Notes under the pieces: model-generated
The model's input: the letters and a program-made list of their open reading frames with translations, nothing else
The model's database searches: none
Told to the model about the DNA's origin: nothing
Assembly: GCA_045863335.1 (NCBI GenBank)
Contig: BTVY01000010.1
Coordinates: forward strand, 14,255-78,254
DNA: 64,000 bases
Reading direction: 5' to 3'
Source: Candidatus Hydrogenedentota bacterium
GTDB taxonomy: Bacteria > Hydrogenedentota > Hydrogenedentia > Hydrogenedentales > SLHB01
Translations under genes and position numbers: made by a program
Part shown: one piece after another, positions 1 to 11,407 of the stretch
Layout of the letters: every line of letters begins with the position of its first letter
Position numbering within the stretch: position 1 is the first letter of the stretch

Positions 1-1
1 G

Positions 2-874
2 GTCGTATACGGTCAGGATGAAGCCATCCACGCCGTCTCGACCGCCATCAAACGGTCCCGCGCAGGTCTGGGCGCCGAGGAGCGTCCCACCGGCTGTTTT
101 CTGTTCACGGGACCGACGGGCGTGGGCAAGACGGAAGTGGCGCGGCAGCTCGCGTTGATCATGGGAGTCCACTTTGCGCGCTACGATATGAGCGAGTACA
201 TGGAGAAACACACGGTCGCGCGGTTGATCGGAGCGCCTCCGGGTTACGTGGGCTTCGATCAGGGCGGGTTGTTGACCGACGAAATCCGCCGGCATCCATA
301 CTGTGTGTTGTTGCTCGACGAAATCGAGAAAGCCCACCCGGACCTGTTCAACATCCTCTTGCAGGTCATGGACCACGCTACGTTGACAGACAACAACGGC
401 AAGAAGGCCGACTTCCGGAACGTGGTGCTCATCATGACGTCGAATGCGGGCGCGCGGGAAATGGCTGCGCAAAGCATCGGCTTCGGCGCATCGGAACAGG
501 ATCCCGCGAGCAAGGGGCTGAAGGCCATCGAGAAGGCGTTTACGCCCGAGTTCCGCAACCGCCTCGACGGGATAGTTTCGTTCCACTCCCTGTCGCCGGA
601 GGTTATCAAGAAGGTCGTCGACAAGTTCGTGGGTGAGTTGCAGGGCCGTCTCGCGACACGCAAGGTCAACCTTGCCGTGACCGATGCCACCCGCGACTGG
701 CTCGCCGAACGCGGCTTCGACAAGAGCTTCGGCGCACGGCCCCTGGGCCGGCTGATTCAGGTGGAGATCAAGGACGCCCTCGCCGACGAAATGCTTTTCG
801 GGCGATTGGAAAAAGGCGGCAGGGTGCTGGTCGATGTAAAGGACGGGAAGATCGCCTTTGAGTACCCCGAGTAG
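2..874 (+). CDS. clpA: ATP-dependent Clp protease ATP-binding subunit ClpA (5'-truncated by window edge)
   Basis: Frame open from base 2 (VVYGQDEAI...); second AAA+ module with GPTGVGKT, DMSEYMEKHTVARLIGAPPGYVG, LLLDEIEKAH, FTPEFRNRLD, FGARPL; upstream of aat. Confidence 0.93.
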   Translation, partial: VVYGQDEAIHAVSTAIKRSRAGLGAEERPTGCFLFTGPTGVGKTEVARQLALIMGVHFARYDMSEYMEKHTVARLIGAPPGYVGFDQGGLLTDEIRRHPYCVLLLDEIEKAHPDLFNILLQVMDHATLTDNNGKKADFRNVVLIMTSNAGAREMAAQSIGFGASEQDPASKGLKAIEKAFTPEFRNRLDGIVSFHSLSPEVIKKVVDKFVGELQGRLATRKVNLAVTDATRDWLAERGFDKSFGARPLGRLIQVEIKDALADEMLFGRLEKGGRVLVDVKDGKIAFEYPE

Positions 875-875
875 A

Positions 876-1078
876 CAATTCGAAGTCCGAATTTCGAAAT
901 CCGAAACAAATTCTAAACCCCAAATTCGAATTGGCGAGATCTCGGTGTATCCGCTTTCGACTTTCTCAAAGACCTTTCCAATTACGTTCCCCGTCAAATG
1001 TATGGTCGTTTTCCCTTCTCGTTTTGAATTTCGAATTCTGGATTTGTTTCGGATTTCGAGGTTCGAATTTCGTATTTC
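876..1078. repeat. Inverted-repeat element built of 7-bp (AAATYCG-like) tandem units
   Basis: Left arm ~876-930 (CAATTCGAAGTCCGAATTTCGAAATCCGAAACAAATTC) and right arm ~1022-1078 share the core TCGAAATCCGAAACAAAT in inverted orientation; related copy at 63478-63534. Confidence 0.85.
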
Positions 1079-1087
1079 ATCCCCCCG

Positions 1088-1777
1088 ATGCCGCTCTTTC
1101 GCTTAACCGAAGATCTCGTGTTCCCGCCGCCGCATCTGGCCATCGAGGACGGACTCCTCGCGGTGGGCGGCGATCTCTCCGTGGAGCGGCTCTTGCTGGC
1201 GTACCGATCGGGCATCTTCCCGTGGTATTCGGAAGGTGACCCTCTGTTGTGGTGGTCGCCGGATCCGCGGATGATCTTGTTTCCCGATGAACTTCACGTG
1301 TCGCGCAGCCTGGAGCGGGTGCTGAAGAAGGGCGAGTTCACCGTGACCATGGACACGGCGTTTCCCTCCGTGATTCAGGCCTGTGCCGAAGCGCGCGGGC
1401 CGCGCCGGGACGGCACTTGGATCACGCGAGAGATGGAGTCGGCCTACTGCGCGTTGCACGATGCCGGTTACGCACACTCCGTGGAATGCTGGAAAGACGG
1501 CGCGCTCGCCGGTGGCTTGTACGGCGTATCGCTTGGCGCCTGTTTCTTTGGCGAGTCCATGTTTTCCCTCGCGACCAACGCAAGCAAGGTCGCCTTCGTC
1601 CGTCTGGTCCGGCAGGTCGCAGCCTGGGACTTCCACTTCGTCGATTGCCAGATGCACACGCCCCATCTCGCCCGATTCGGCGCGAAAGAGGTTGCACGGA
1701 AGCAGTTTCTCAGGCTTTTGCGCGACGGGTTGGACACCCCCACTCGATGTGGCAAGTGGGAGCTTGAAGTATTGTAG
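1088..1777 (+). CDS. aat: Leucyl/phenylalanyl-tRNA--protein transferase
   Basis: GLLAVGGDLS, AYRSGIFPW, WWSPDPR, AHSVECW, GGLYGV, FFGESMFS, NASKVA motifs. Confidence 0.97.
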   Translation: MPLFRLTEDLVFPPPHLAIEDGLLAVGGDLSVERLLLAYRSGIFPWYSEGDPLLWWSPDPRMILFPDELHVSRSLERVLKKGEFTVTMDTAFPSVIQACAEARGPRRDGTWITREMESAYCALHDAGYAHSVECWKDGALAGGLYGVSLGACFFGESMFSLATNASKVAFVRLVRQVAAWDFHFVDCQMHTPHLARFGAKEVARKQFLRLLRDGLDTPTRCGKWELEVL

Positions 1778-1810
1778 TTGCCAGAAGGTTCGAGTGACCG
1801 ACACAGAAGC

Positions 1811-1838
1811 AAAACGCCCGGCCGAAGCCGGGCGTTTG
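1811..1838. terminator. Probable bidirectional intrinsic terminator between convergent aat and desaturase
   Basis: AAAACGCCCGGC-CGAA-GCCGGGCGTTT hairpin with A/T runs on both sides. Confidence 0.75.
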
Positions 1839-1871
1839 GATACGAATTGAAGTGTCGAAACCGGTGTACGA

Positions 1872-2798
1872 TTAGACTTCGACCGTCTCCGGTTCGTCCT
1901 GTTCGAGAGGCAGGGCTTCGTCGAGTCCGACCTTGGCGCGGATTTGGCTCAGGCGGCCGGGTTGGACCACGTCTTTGGCGAGACCGACCCATTGCATGGC
2001 CTTGATCGTCCAATACGTCATGTCGAATTCCCACCACTTATGGCCGTGGGCGGCGGAGCGCTGATCGGCGTGGTGGTTGTTGTGCCAGCCTTCACCGAAG
2101 GTGATGAGTGCGACCCACCAGGTGTTCCGGCTGTTGTCGGTGGTCTTGTAGTTGGAATAGCCCCAGAGGTGCGTGGCGGAATTGACGAGCCAGGTCGAGT
2201 GCCACACGAGCACGGTGCGAAGGGCAACGCCCCAGACGACGAATGATAGCCCCAACTCCCAACCGCCGACGGCGTGACCGATTGCGTAAAGAATTGCGGC
2301 GCCAGCCAGGTAGATGGGGAAGAAGGCTTTATTGAAGAATCGCTGCATAGGGTCTTTATCGAGGTCCTTCGCGAACTTTTTGCACTTGTCGTACGAGTCG
2401 AGCTTCGGATCGTCGAAGAAGTTCCAGAGGATGTGGGCCCACAGGAAGTTCTCCACCACCGGCGTGTGGGGGTCCGGCGCTTCATCGGATTCCTTATGGT
2501 GAACGCGATGGGTTGCGACCCACGTGATGGGCCCGCCCTGGAGCGCAAGACAGCCGCAGAATGTCAGGAAATACTCGACCACCTTCGGGGTCTTGTAGCT
2601 GCGGTGCGTCAACAACCGGTGGTAACACAAGGTGATGCCCAGGCCGCCCGTCACCCAGAACAATACGAGGCATAGAATGAGTCCGGTCCAACTGAAGGTG
2701 AAGGGGGCGGCCAGCGCGGCCACGTGGATCAATCCGATGACCGCGATGGTCCCGTACTTGACATGCCGACGGGTAACCCAAGACGGTAGAAGTGCCAT
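1872..2798 (-). CDS. Membrane fatty acid (delta-9 acyl-lipid/acyl-CoA) desaturase
   Basis: Three His boxes HRLLTH, HRVHH, GEGWHNNHH; start moved to ATG 2798 behind a purine-rich RBS. Confidence 0.92.
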   Translation of the reverse strand: MALLPSWVTRRHVKYGTIAVIGLIHVAALAAPFTFSWTGLILCLVLFWVTGGLGITLCYHRLLTHRSYKTPKVVEYFLTFCGCLALQGGPITWVATHRVHHKESDEAPDPHTPVVENFLWAHILWNFFDDPKLDSYDKCKKFAKDLDKDPMQRFFNKAFFPIYLAGAAILYAIGHAVGGWELGLSFVVWGVALRTVLVWHSTWLVNSATHLWGYSNYKTTDNSRNTWWVALITFGEGWHNNHHADQRSAAHGHKWWEFDMTYWTIKAMQWVGLAKDVVQPGRLSQIRAKVGLDEALPLEQDEPETVEV

Positions 2799-3057
2799 TG
2801 GAAGTTCCTTTCTCCTCATAACGTGAGCGAGACTCAACCGTCCAGCTCCGCCGCGTAAGCGGCGCCGTATCCGCGATTCGACGGGGACGTGGAGATACCC
2901 ACTACTGGGTTCGATCCGGCTCCCGCTGCTACTTGCCTTGCATGAGCGCACTGCGCTCGCTTAGACGCTAGTATACAGAATCTCGCGTCCATTTTCCCGG
3001 CAAAACCTGACTCCCAGGGGTCCCTGTTTGTATACTCAGTCAAGGAGGATATCGATT

Positions 3058-4383
3058 TTGCGAAGATTTCAGCTTTGTCTCGTCTCGTTGGCCTGTTCGG
3101 CTGCCATAACCCTCTCTGTATCAGACGCCGAGACCGTGGCCGAAGTTTCGGACGTGGCCCTGGTCTGGTCCGGCCATCCGGTGGGGTTCTCGCTCCTTAC
3201 CGCCGGAGACACGCAATACGTTGCCTACTATGATTCCGAAAGGCGGATGACGGTTGCATCACGGACGATCGGCGGAAGCGATTGGCAGTACAAGGTGCTT
3301 CCTGAGACCGTCGCGTGGGATAGCCACAACTCCGTCACGATTGCCCTGGATGGAGCCGGGCATCTTCACGTGTCCGGCAACATGCACGTCAAACCCCTGG
3401 TGTACTTCCGAACTCTTGAAGCCGGAAACATCCAAACCCTGGAGCGAATTCCGGCTATGACGGGAAAAGACGAGGAGCGGGTGACGTATCCTCGCTTTTT
3501 TGAGGCGCCGGACGGTTCTCTGGTGTTCACATACCGCGACGGTTCCAGTGGTTCTGGGAACCAAATTTACAACATCTACGACGTGGGCACCCACGAGTGG
3601 CGGCGGCTTTTGGACCAGCCGCTCCTCGATGGCGAGGGGCTTATGAATGCCTATCCCGTTGGCCCCATGGTAGGCCCGGACGGGTACTACCACCTGTGCT
3701 GGGTCTGGCGGGACACGCCGGATTGCGCCACAAACCACGACCCCGGCTACGCGCGCAGCACGGACCTCGTCCACTGGGAGACTGCCGGCGGTGAGTCTTT
3801 GACGCTGCCGATTACGTTAGAAACGGCTGACACGGTCGATCCGGTACCTGCGGGCGGCGGGATTATCAACGGCAACACGCGTATCGGCTTCGACAGCACG
3901 AACCGGCCCATCGTCTCGTATCACAAGTTCGACGAGGACGGAAACACGCAGATTTACAATGCGCGGTTCGAGGGCGACCGCTGGGTCGTGTATCAAACCA
4001 GCGACTGGGATTTCCGTTGGGAATTCTCGGGCGGGGGATCCATCGGATTCGAGGTCGGCGTAAGTCCGGTCGTTCACGACTCGCAAGGCGGATTGACCCA
4101 AGCCTTTCGCGCCAAACAAACAGGGAGCGGGATCTGGGTCCTGGATGAGGAAACGTTGCAAATCCAGGAAACCCGGACGCCGGAGAGCAAAACGCCTCCA
4201 GAGGTTCGCGCACTACGGTCCGAGTTCCCCGGGATGTCGGTGCGGACGGCGAACGATCTCGGAGAAGCTCCGGGCGGGAGCTATATCCTTCGGTGGGAGA
4301 CACTTGGGCAGAACCGGGATAAGCCCCGGGACCCGCCTTGGCCGGAACCTTCCCAGCTCCAGGTCATCCGACTGGATGAGTGA
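3058..4383 (+). CDS. Exported BNR-4 repeat (neuraminidase-like beta-propeller) protein
   Basis: DSHNSVTIALDGAGHLHVSGNMH, TYPRFF, YRDGSSGSG, YARSTDLVHW; signal peptide; AAGGAGG RBS 9 nt before TTG 3058. Confidence 0.8.
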   Translation: MRRFQLCLVSLACSAAITLSVSDAETVAEVSDVALVWSGHPVGFSLLTAGDTQYVAYYDSERRMTVASRTIGGSDWQYKVLPETVAWDSHNSVTIALDGAGHLHVSGNMHVKPLVYFRTLEAGNIQTLERIPAMTGKDEERVTYPRFFEAPDGSLVFTYRDGSSGSGNQIYNIYDVGTHEWRRLLDQPLLDGEGLMNAYPVGPMVGPDGYYHLCWVWRDTPDCATNHDPGYARSTDLVHWETAGGESLTLPITLETADTVDPVPAGGGIINGNTRIGFDSTNRPIVSYHKFDEDGNTQIYNARFEGDRWVVYQTSDWDFRWEFSGGGSIGFEVGVSPVVHDSQGGLTQAFRAKQTGSGIWVLDEETLQIQETRTPESKTPPEVRALRSEFPGMSVRTANDLGEAPGGSYILRWETLGQNRDKPRDPPWPEPSQLQVIRLDE

Positions 4384-4573
4384 CCGGTCGTGACAGGCTT
4401 TCGCCGCGCCCGCGAATAGATCTGCTGGACCGCGACGTGCGGCTGGTCCACTCGCCAGTTGAGTTCGGCGCCGATTTGGGCAGAAACACCCGAGTCGCGT
4501 TGTTCATTCTCTACAAGTTCCCGCATGTGCAAGGTGTGGATGAAACTCTGTCAATCGAAGGAGGGCTGTACGG

Positions 4574-5206
4574 ATGAAGACGAAAGCAATGCTCGGTGTA
4601 GCGACCCTGTGCGCGTGTGTGGGGGTCGGCGGAGTGGCCTTCATGATGAACGAGATGGCGCTGGCAGAAGTGGCCGACCCGCCGGCGATCGGATCAGACT
4701 TCCCGTCGTTCAGCATGACCGACTACGAAGGCAACGCCCATTCTCTCGACCAGTACAAGGACAAGGTGGTTGTCTTGTCGTTTACTTCCCAAGGTTGCCC
4801 CTACTCCCGGGCTGCCGACCCCATCTACGCCGACCTGATGCAAGACTATAAAGACGACGGCGTGATCTTTCTGAGCGTTGACGCGGACAAGAACAACGCG
4901 CCGAGCGACATCGAAGAATACGCGACGTCGAAGAATGAGACCGGCAAGAAACTTCCCTATCCCGTGCTGAAGGATGATATGAACAAGTACGCGGATACCA
5001 TGGGCGCGACGCGCACGCCGGAAATCTACATCAAGGACAAGGACGGCAAGCTCGTGTACCACGGGGCCATCGACAACCAGAAGAAAACCGACGATCCCGA
5101 ATACGTAAATTACGTGAAGAACGCGCTGGACGAAGTGCTTGCCGGTAAACCCGTCAGCACGCCGTCCAAGAGCGCATACGGCTGTGGCATCAAGCGGGCC
5201 AGCTAA
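4574..5206 (+). CDS. Exported thioredoxin-fold redoxin (peroxiredoxin-like, AhpC/TSA)
   Basis: Signal peptide; SQGCPYS, GATRTPE, YHGAIDN, C-terminal YGCGIK; RBS AAGGAGG. Confidence 0.85.
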   Translation: MKTKAMLGVATLCACVGVGGVAFMMNEMALAEVADPPAIGSDFPSFSMTDYEGNAHSLDQYKDKVVVLSFTSQGCPYSRAADPIYADLMQDYKDDGVIFLSVDADKNNAPSDIEEYATSKNETGKKLPYPVLKDDMNKYADTMGATRTPEIYIKDKDGKLVYHGAIDNQKKTDDPEYVNYVKNALDEVLAGKPVSTPSKSAYGCGIKRAS

Positions 5207-5209
5207 GCC

Positions 5210-5893
5210 GTGCGGCCGTCAATAGCCTGTATCTACCACGCGGCAGGCGCTTCTCTTCGATGGACGGAGCGCCTGCCGCTAGCCTTCCTAATCGCCCTAT
5301 CGCTTGGCTTTGCGGGGTGCGGATTCTCGGACCCGACAGAAAACGCCGAGCCGTCGCCGCAAACGGAAGTGGCCGACACCTCAGAGACAGGTGCGTCCGT
5401 GGAAACTCCGAAATCCGACAGCTCTGACCCACCCGACCATGAAGATCCCGGCGTAACCCGGGTCGACAAGGCCAAGACAGAAACGCTGCTTGACGAGACC
5501 GGCGGTAAGGTGCTTGTCGTGAATCTCTGGGCGACGTGGTGCCTGCCCTGCATAGCCGAGATGCCCCACCTTACCGCCTTCTACAACGGGATGAACCCGG
5601 AGTCCACTGCCTTTCTCAGTCTTTCGGCAGACGGTCCGCGGTTCATTGACGAAGCGGTCGTGCCTTTCGTGAAGGAACACAACCTGCCTTTCCCGGTCTA
5701 CGCCCTCGATTTCGAGGACCCCGACCCCTTGATTCTTGCCGGTATGTTGGGCGTAGAGGAGACGGGGTGGGACGGCGCTCTGCCGGCGACCTTCCTCTTC
5801 AACCGTGAACGCGAGCTGGTAAAACACTGGTTCGAAGAGATCAAACCGGGGGAGTTGGAAGCGGCGGTATCGGAAGTGTTGGCGGCGGGCTAA
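5210..5893 (+). CDS. TlpA-family thiol:disulfide oxidoreductase, probable lipoprotein (start uncertain)
   Basis: [15 protein letters not shown] active site, GALPATF cis-Pro motif, lipobox FAGC. Confidence 0.85.
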   Translation: MRPSIACIYHAAGASLRWTERLPLAFLIALSLGFAGCGFSDPTENAEPSPQTEVADTSETGASVETPKSDSSDPPDHEDPGVTRVDKAKTETLLDETGGKVLVVNLWATWCLPCIAEMPHLTAFYNGMNPESTAFLSLSADGPRFIDEAVVPFVKEHNLPFPVYALDFEDPDPLILAGMLGVEETGWDGALPATFLFNRERELVKHWFEEIKPGELEAAVSEVLAAG

Positions 5894-5971
5894 GGGACCG
5901 ACACGGGCATGCTGAGGGCCTATGGGGCCCAGGCGTCATCAATCGAGTGGTACTCCTTACAGGACGGAAAC

Positions 5972-6000
5972 TTGACAGGGGGATAGGGTTATGGTACCAT
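5972..6000 (+). promoter_or_regulatory. sigma70 promoter of groEL
   Basis: TTGACA (5972-5977), 17-bp spacer, TGn-TACCAT (5995-6000). Confidence 0.8.
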
Positions 6001-6009
6001 GGCGGGCTG

Positions 6010-7732
<1,723 letters not shown>

Positions 7733-7756
7733 TCGCCGTTTCGTACGGCGAAGTTT

Positions 7757-7837
7757 TGTAGCGCAGGCGTCCCCGCCTGCATTCCCGAAACGGAAAATCT
7801 GATTCCAGGGAATGCAGGCAGGGACGCCTGCGCTACA
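7757..7837. repeat. GTAG-type REP doublet (inverted pair), may also terminate groEL transcription
   Basis: TGTAGCGCAGGCGTCCCCGCCTGCATTCCC ... GGGAATGCAGGCAGGGACGCCTGCGCTACA. Confidence 0.8.
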
Positions 7838-8014
7838 TATGGCGATAAATCGTGCGCCTCGGATTGATTCACGGTTTCGAAAGACGTGGCGCGATTGACC
7901 AATCATAGACAAAAGCCCATAATCGCACTGCTGGCAGGCAAAACCAAATCTACATCTTCGCGCGCCGCGAACACAATGTGACGGGCACACGTCGCGCAAT
8001 ATTGGGAGGAGCGC

Positions 8015-8452
8015 ATGAGCCGGTTTTCCGAAAGCACGATCGACACATTTTTGACGCGATTCCGCAGCATCGATCCGGAGACGAAACCCTTGTGGGGCGA
8101 AATGACGTTCGCGCAAATGCTGGGGCATCTGAACGGCGCGACGCGGTATTCGATGGGATACGGACCCGACGTGCCCTTCCGAGGCAATTGGAAAACCAAA
8201 TACATTTTCGCGCCGCTCATCTTGAACGGATTCAAGCAGATTCCTCACAACGTGCGGGCGCCGCGGAACGTCCAACCCAATGACAGCGACGTGGTCACAT
8301 TGGAAGGGACCTTGCGCGAATTGCTCGTCTTGGTACGTGAAGGCCGCTTCAATCCGCCCCACCATCCGTTCTTTGGCATGATTGGGCCCAAGGGTTGGAT
8401 GAAATTTCACGGGTATCACATGGACCATCATCTGCGGCAGTTCGGCGCGTGA
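8015..8452 (+). CDS. DUF1569/DinB-like protein
   Basis: WGEMTFAQMLGHL, HPFFG, HMDHHLRQFG pattern; RBS GGGAGG; TTGACC-17-CATAAT at 7895-7923. Confidence 0.8.
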   Translation: MSRFSESTIDTFLTRFRSIDPETKPLWGEMTFAQMLGHLNGATRYSMGYGPDVPFRGNWKTKYIFAPLILNGFKQIPHNVRAPRNVQPNDSDVVTLEGTLRELLVLVREGRFNPPHHPFFGMIGPKGWMKFHGYHMDHHLRQFGA

Positions 8453-8468
8453 ACGCAGTGGAGCGACT

Positions 8469-9539
8469 GTGAAAGCCCTGTTTCGATTCATTGCGATCGG
8501 TGCAATTCTATTGATTCCAGCCCTCGTGTATCTTCTGACGTGGCCTGTGGCAATCGAACCCGTCGCGTGGACGCCGCCGCCCGCGCCTCCGCTCGAAGGT
8601 GCCTATGCCCCCAACACCTATCTTGACGATGTCGAGTTACTCCTCGCCGGAGAGGTGACGGGGCCCGAGGACGTGGCGGTGGACGAAGCCGGACGGCTGT
8701 ATACGGGCGTCGTGGATGGGCGAATCCTGCGCTTCGACACGGATGGCGCGAGCGTGGAGACTTTTGCCGACACGGAAGGGCGCCCGCTGGGTATGGCATG
8801 GGACGTTGCGGGGAATCTGATTGTCGCCGACGCGATCAAAGGATTGTTGTCAGTCGATCCCAAGGGCGCAGTCACGACGCTCGCAACCGAAGCCGACGGC
8901 ATCCCCCTGGGATTCACCGACGACGTGGATGTTGCGGAAGACGGCACGGTTTATTTCACCGACGCCAGTTGGCGCTACCACGTGCCGAACTACATGGCCG
9001 ACCTTATGGACGGCCGCGGCAACGGCCGGTTTCTCGCATACGATCCCGCGACGCGCCAAACGCGCACCCTCATACGCGATCTGGCGTTTGCGAACGGCGT
9101 GGCGGTTAGTCCCGACCAGACCTACGTGCTGATCAACGAGACGTGGCGGTATCGCGTCTTGCGTTACTGGCTTCAGGGAGAAAAGACCGGTACCTGGGAC
9201 GTTTTCATCGACAACCTTCCGGGTTTTCCTGACAACCTCTCTTCGAATGGTGACGATATCTTCTGGGTTGCCCTCTTCACGACGCGCAATCCGACGGCGG
9301 ACCTGCTCGCACCGTATCCGTTCGCGCGCAAGATCGTCTGGCGGCTGCCGCAATCGTTCTTGCCGAAGGCAGCGCCGTACAGCTTCGTCATCGGGGTGGA
9401 CGCGGCCGGCGTGGTCGTTCACAATCTCCAAGGGCCGGCCGGCGTCGTCGCGCCAATCACCAGCGTGAATGAATACGATGGCGTGCTGTACTTCGGCAGC
9501 GTCGAAGACGACGCCATCGGCCGGATTGCGGCGCCGTAA
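8469..9539 (+). CDS. SMP-30/gluconolactonase/strictosidine-synthase-like (APMAP-like) membrane-anchored beta-propeller
   Basis: N-terminal TM; GPEDVA, GRPLGM, YFTDAS, LAFANGVAVS, NLPGFPDNL. Confidence 0.88.
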   Translation: MKALFRFIAIGAILLIPALVYLLTWPVAIEPVAWTPPPAPPLEGAYAPNTYLDDVELLLAGEVTGPEDVAVDEAGRLYTGVVDGRILRFDTDGASVETFADTEGRPLGMAWDVAGNLIVADAIKGLLSVDPKGAVTTLATEADGIPLGFTDDVDVAEDGTVYFTDASWRYHVPNYMADLMDGRGNGRFLAYDPATRQTRTLIRDLAFANGVAVSPDQTYVLINETWRYRVLRYWLQGEKTGTWDVFIDNLPGFPDNLSSNGDDIFWVALFTTRNPTADLLAPYPFARKIVWRLPQSFLPKAAPYSFVIGVDAAGVVVHNLQGPAGVVAPITSVNEYDGVLYFGSVEDDAIGRIAAP

Positions 9540-9657
9540 CGCGCCGGCCCTGTCTCGACCAGGTGTCGTTGCCGATTGCCTGTCGACTCATTGTATGGCG
9601 GGGAATCCGATTGCGGGGTGTCCCGCTGGCCCCGTGGCGCGGACAGTCGGACGAGGA

Positions 9658-10569
9658 TTATTCACGGAGCGCGAGGAAGTGGGCAACGGTGGATTCGCCG
9701 AGCGCATCGAGGTTATAGCCGCCTTCCAGTAACGAAACAACCTTACCGCCAGCGATTCCCTTTACCATGCGCGTCATTTCCGCGTAGGTCTCCGTCTCGA
9801 GGCGTTGCGAGGCCAGCGGGTCCATTTGGTGCGCGTCGAACCCGCAGGAAATCAGCAGAAACTCCGGTTCGAAACTCTCGAACTCCGGAAGAATCTTGTT
9901 CGCCAAGGCGTCCAGCCATTCCTTGGGTCCGTTGCCCCATTCCATCTGGACGTTGAGATTCGTGTTGTTCTTGCCCCGCTCGTTGGGATAACCCGTGCCA
10001 GGGTAGAGCGGGTGCTGGTGGATGCTCGCGTAGTAGACGGAAACGTCGTTGTAGAACGTGTGCTGCGTGCCGTTGCCGTGATGGACGTCCCAGTCGAGGA
10101 TGGCGACCCGGCCCACGCCGCGCACTTCCTGCATCCACCGCGCCGCGACCGCGACGTTGTTGAACAGACAGAAGCCCATGGCGCGATCGGATTCGGCGTG
10201 ATGTCCCGGTGGGCGCATGGCGGAAAAGGCGTTGTCGCAGTTTCCATCGAGCACGGCCTTGCAGCACGCGATCGCGCCGCCCGCCGCCAAGAGGGACGCG
10301 TCCCACGAAGCCTCCATCATGGTCGTATCCTGATCGGGGTACGGCAGATTCTTGGCGCAAGTTTCCCGGATCGTATCAATATACTCCTGCGTGTGGACGC
10401 GCAGGAGATCATCGACCGTTGCCGGGGCGACCGGTACGCGCGGGGGATCCAGCTTCGACTGCGCGAAGGCCTCCATGATGGCGTTGAGCCGTGCAGGGCA
10501 TTCGGGATGGCCTGGGCCCGTATCGTGCAACAAGCCCTCCTCGCGGTAGGCGAGCATGGTTTTCGGCAT
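9658..10569 (-). CDS. Zn-dependent histone deacetylase-family (lysine/polyamine) deacetylase
   Basis: HPECPARL, RPPGHHA, GFCLFNN, DWDVHHGNGTQ, GFDAH, LEGGY; AGGAGG RBS before ATG 10569. Confidence 0.93.
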   Translation of the reverse strand: MPKTMLAYREEGLLHDTGPGHPECPARLNAIMEAFAQSKLDPPRVPVAPATVDDLLRVHTQEYIDTIRETCAKNLPYPDQDTTMMEASWDASLLAAGGAIACCKAVLDGNCDNAFSAMRPPGHHAESDRAMGFCLFNNVAVAARWMQEVRGVGRVAILDWDVHHGNGTQHTFYNDVSVYYASIHQHPLYPGTGYPNERGKNNTNLNVQMEWGNGPKEWLDALANKILPEFESFEPEFLLISCGFDAHQMDPLASQRLETETYAEMTRMVKGIAGGKVVSLLEGGYNLDALGESTVAHFLALRE

Positions 10570-10913
10570 GAATCCTCCTGATTGCTGCAGAGGCAATATC
10601 TGCATTCACCTGTAGTCGCGATTCAAGGGATAGATCCAATCGTAATATCAAATTGGGAGCCGTACAACCCGGTAATAGACCTGGAGGGATTCGTACCGTC
10701 CCGAACCTGACGGACTTCGCCAGGAATTCGGGAATTGCTTCCCGCGTGGCTGGCGAGCAAAGGGATGTTGGTTGACGCTCCCGAAGCCCCGCAGGTTTGA
10801 CCCGAAAAAGAGCCGTGAATATTTGCACGATTAGGGTCAAAAGTGGTAAACTGCGGGCGATGTCTGGTTTTGGGGGGTCGGGCTCGTATCAGCGGCCCAC
10901 GCAAGGGAGACGC

Positions 10914-11312
10914 GTGGATTCGTTTCACCGCTTTAGCCGCCTCACCATCGGGGTCACGCTGGTCCTCACGACAGCAATTGCCGGTATCCTGGCGATCTAT
11001 GACGTCGCTGCCGCCAAGGGTTTCCAGTTAGGAGGCTTGGCCGGTGCGGCCGGGTTTTGGTTGATGGCGAACCGGGCCAGGACGATTGGCGCCATCGCCC
11101 CCGAGGAACTACCTTACCGGATACACCGGTGGACGTTTGTACGGATCGCGTTGTACGCAGGTTTTCTGGTGCTCGCGTATACCGTAGACGGGCGGGAGTA
11201 TCACGGGCTGATTGCGGCCGTATTCGGGCTGCTGGTGGTTCGGGTCGTACTGACCGGACTGGGCTTGACGATGCTTCGCGCCAAGACGGAGAATAAAGCG
11301 AATAGTGAGTGA
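10914..11312 (+). CDS. Four-TM membrane protein resembling ATP synthase protein I (AtpI/UncI-like)
   Basis: ~132 aa, hydrophobic segments, FVRIALY motif like the AtpI helix-3 R-x-x-L; GGGAGA RBS before GTG 10914; directly upstream of ATPase operon. Confidence 0.6.
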   Translation: MDSFHRFSRLTIGVTLVLTTAIAGILAIYDVAAAKGFQLGGLAGAAGFWLMANRARTIGAIAPEELPYRIHRWTFVRIALYAGFLVLAYTVDGREYHGLIAAVFGLLVVRVVLTGLGLTMLRAKTENKANSE

Positions 11313-11407
11313 ATGGGGGCGGGGGTGTTGATTCCTCTCCGGGTTCAGTGCCTTTGGTTCTCTTGACGGCTGTGCAGTCAGCAGCTTTCCAATGATGGGA
11401 GTTTACG

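Noticed and set aside
876-1078. Possible CRISPR array or tRNA (many TTCGAA motifs)
   Set aside because: No repeat-spacer periodicity, no cloverleaf, no cas genes
858-1239. ORFs 858-1106, 931-1239 and 994-1215 with FEFRI/SKSETN repeats
   Set aside because: Translations of the 7-bp repeat arms; they overlap clpA/aat and have no RBS
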